The translations under genes and the position numbers were made by a program. DNA of 24,946 nt from an uncultured virus (IMG/VR IMGVR_UViG_3300014810_000001). Its lineage: Duplodnaviria > Heunggongvirae > Uroviricota > Caudoviricetes. Positions 24,603-24,946 of this stretch are shown here, in pieces; positions within the stretch are counted from its first letter, which is position 1; the number at the start of each line of letters is the position of its first letter. The notes under the pieces were generated by a model. That model was not told where the DNA came from. It searched no databases and worked only from the letters and a program-made list of their open reading frames with translations. The stretch is taken from IMG/VR virus record IMGVR_UViG_3300014810_000001, positions 62,001-86,946 of that record, one strand, 5' to 3'.

Positions 24603-24946
24603 ATGGCTGATAGATACTGGGTTGGTGGTAGCGGGACTTGGAACAGCACAAGCACGGCTAATTGGTCAACATCCTCTGGAGGCCCACCGGGTGTTAGCGC
24701 ACCGGGGTCATCCGATAGGGTATTCTTTGACAATAACTCCGGTGCATCTGGTTCAGTTGTCACAATTGACGGCGCGGTTAATTTCAACGACTTCTTTTTC
24801 AATCGAACAGACCCAATGGCTTTTGAAGGAAGTTCAGATTTACGCTGCTATGGGAATGAACTTACCATTGTTGGAACTATAACTTTCACAAATTATTCTG
24901 GCACTCTTCAAATTTTTGGGGATTCTGCTGCTGGTATTAATGCTAC
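24603..24946 (+). CDS. Putative fibre/spike or beta-helix protein (3'-truncated; absent from the ORF track)
   Basis: SD AAGGAG at 24591; MADRYWVGGSGTWNSTSTANWSTSSGG..APGSSDRVFFDNNSG; open to the window end. Confidence 0.75.
   Translation, partial: MADRYWVGGSGTWNSTSTANWSTSSGGPPGVSAPGSSDRVFFDNNSGASGSVVTIDGAVNFNDFFFNRTDPMAFEGSSDLRCYGNELTIVGTITFTNYSGTLQIFGDSAAGINA

Noticed and set aside
24622..24882. 86-aa ORF in the track
   Set aside because: Alternate frame of the real gene starting at 24603, which has an SD and a recognisable N-terminal motif.
1..24946. CRISPR array, tRNA genes, DGR repeats or stop-codon reassignment
   Set aside because: No spaced direct repeats, cloverleafs or reverse transcriptase seen by eye; genes are full length under the standard code.

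Overview
A 24.9-kb virion morphogenesis module of a tailed dsDNA phage with a predicted long non-contractile tail; almost all genes lie on the + strand. Order: 3' part of terminase large subunit, portal, a cassette of small fibre/adaptor-like genes, XkdF-type prohead protease, scaffold-like protein, head decoration protein, lambda-E-type major capsid, four neck/tail-completion genes, tail tube, tail assembly chaperone with a frameshift extension, a lone minus-strand secreted-protein gene, tape measure, and tail-tip/fibre genes running off the end. Five free-standing GIY-YIG-type homing endonuclease genes (HEGs) interrupt the module. They share one N-terminal nuclease domain but carry three different C-terminal architectures, and two of them fuse GIY-YIG, HNH and AP2-like domains. 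One dual-nuclease gene is truncated in the ORF track because it appears to start at CTG; the other has its own promoter and a structured leader RNA whose loop is complementary to the ribosome-binding region. Other notable signals are a +1 (or -2) rather than -1 chaperone frameshift, a probable nested scaffold gene, an apparently split protease fold and a recurrent double-hairpin element. All product calls rest on motif recognition and synteny; no database searches were run.
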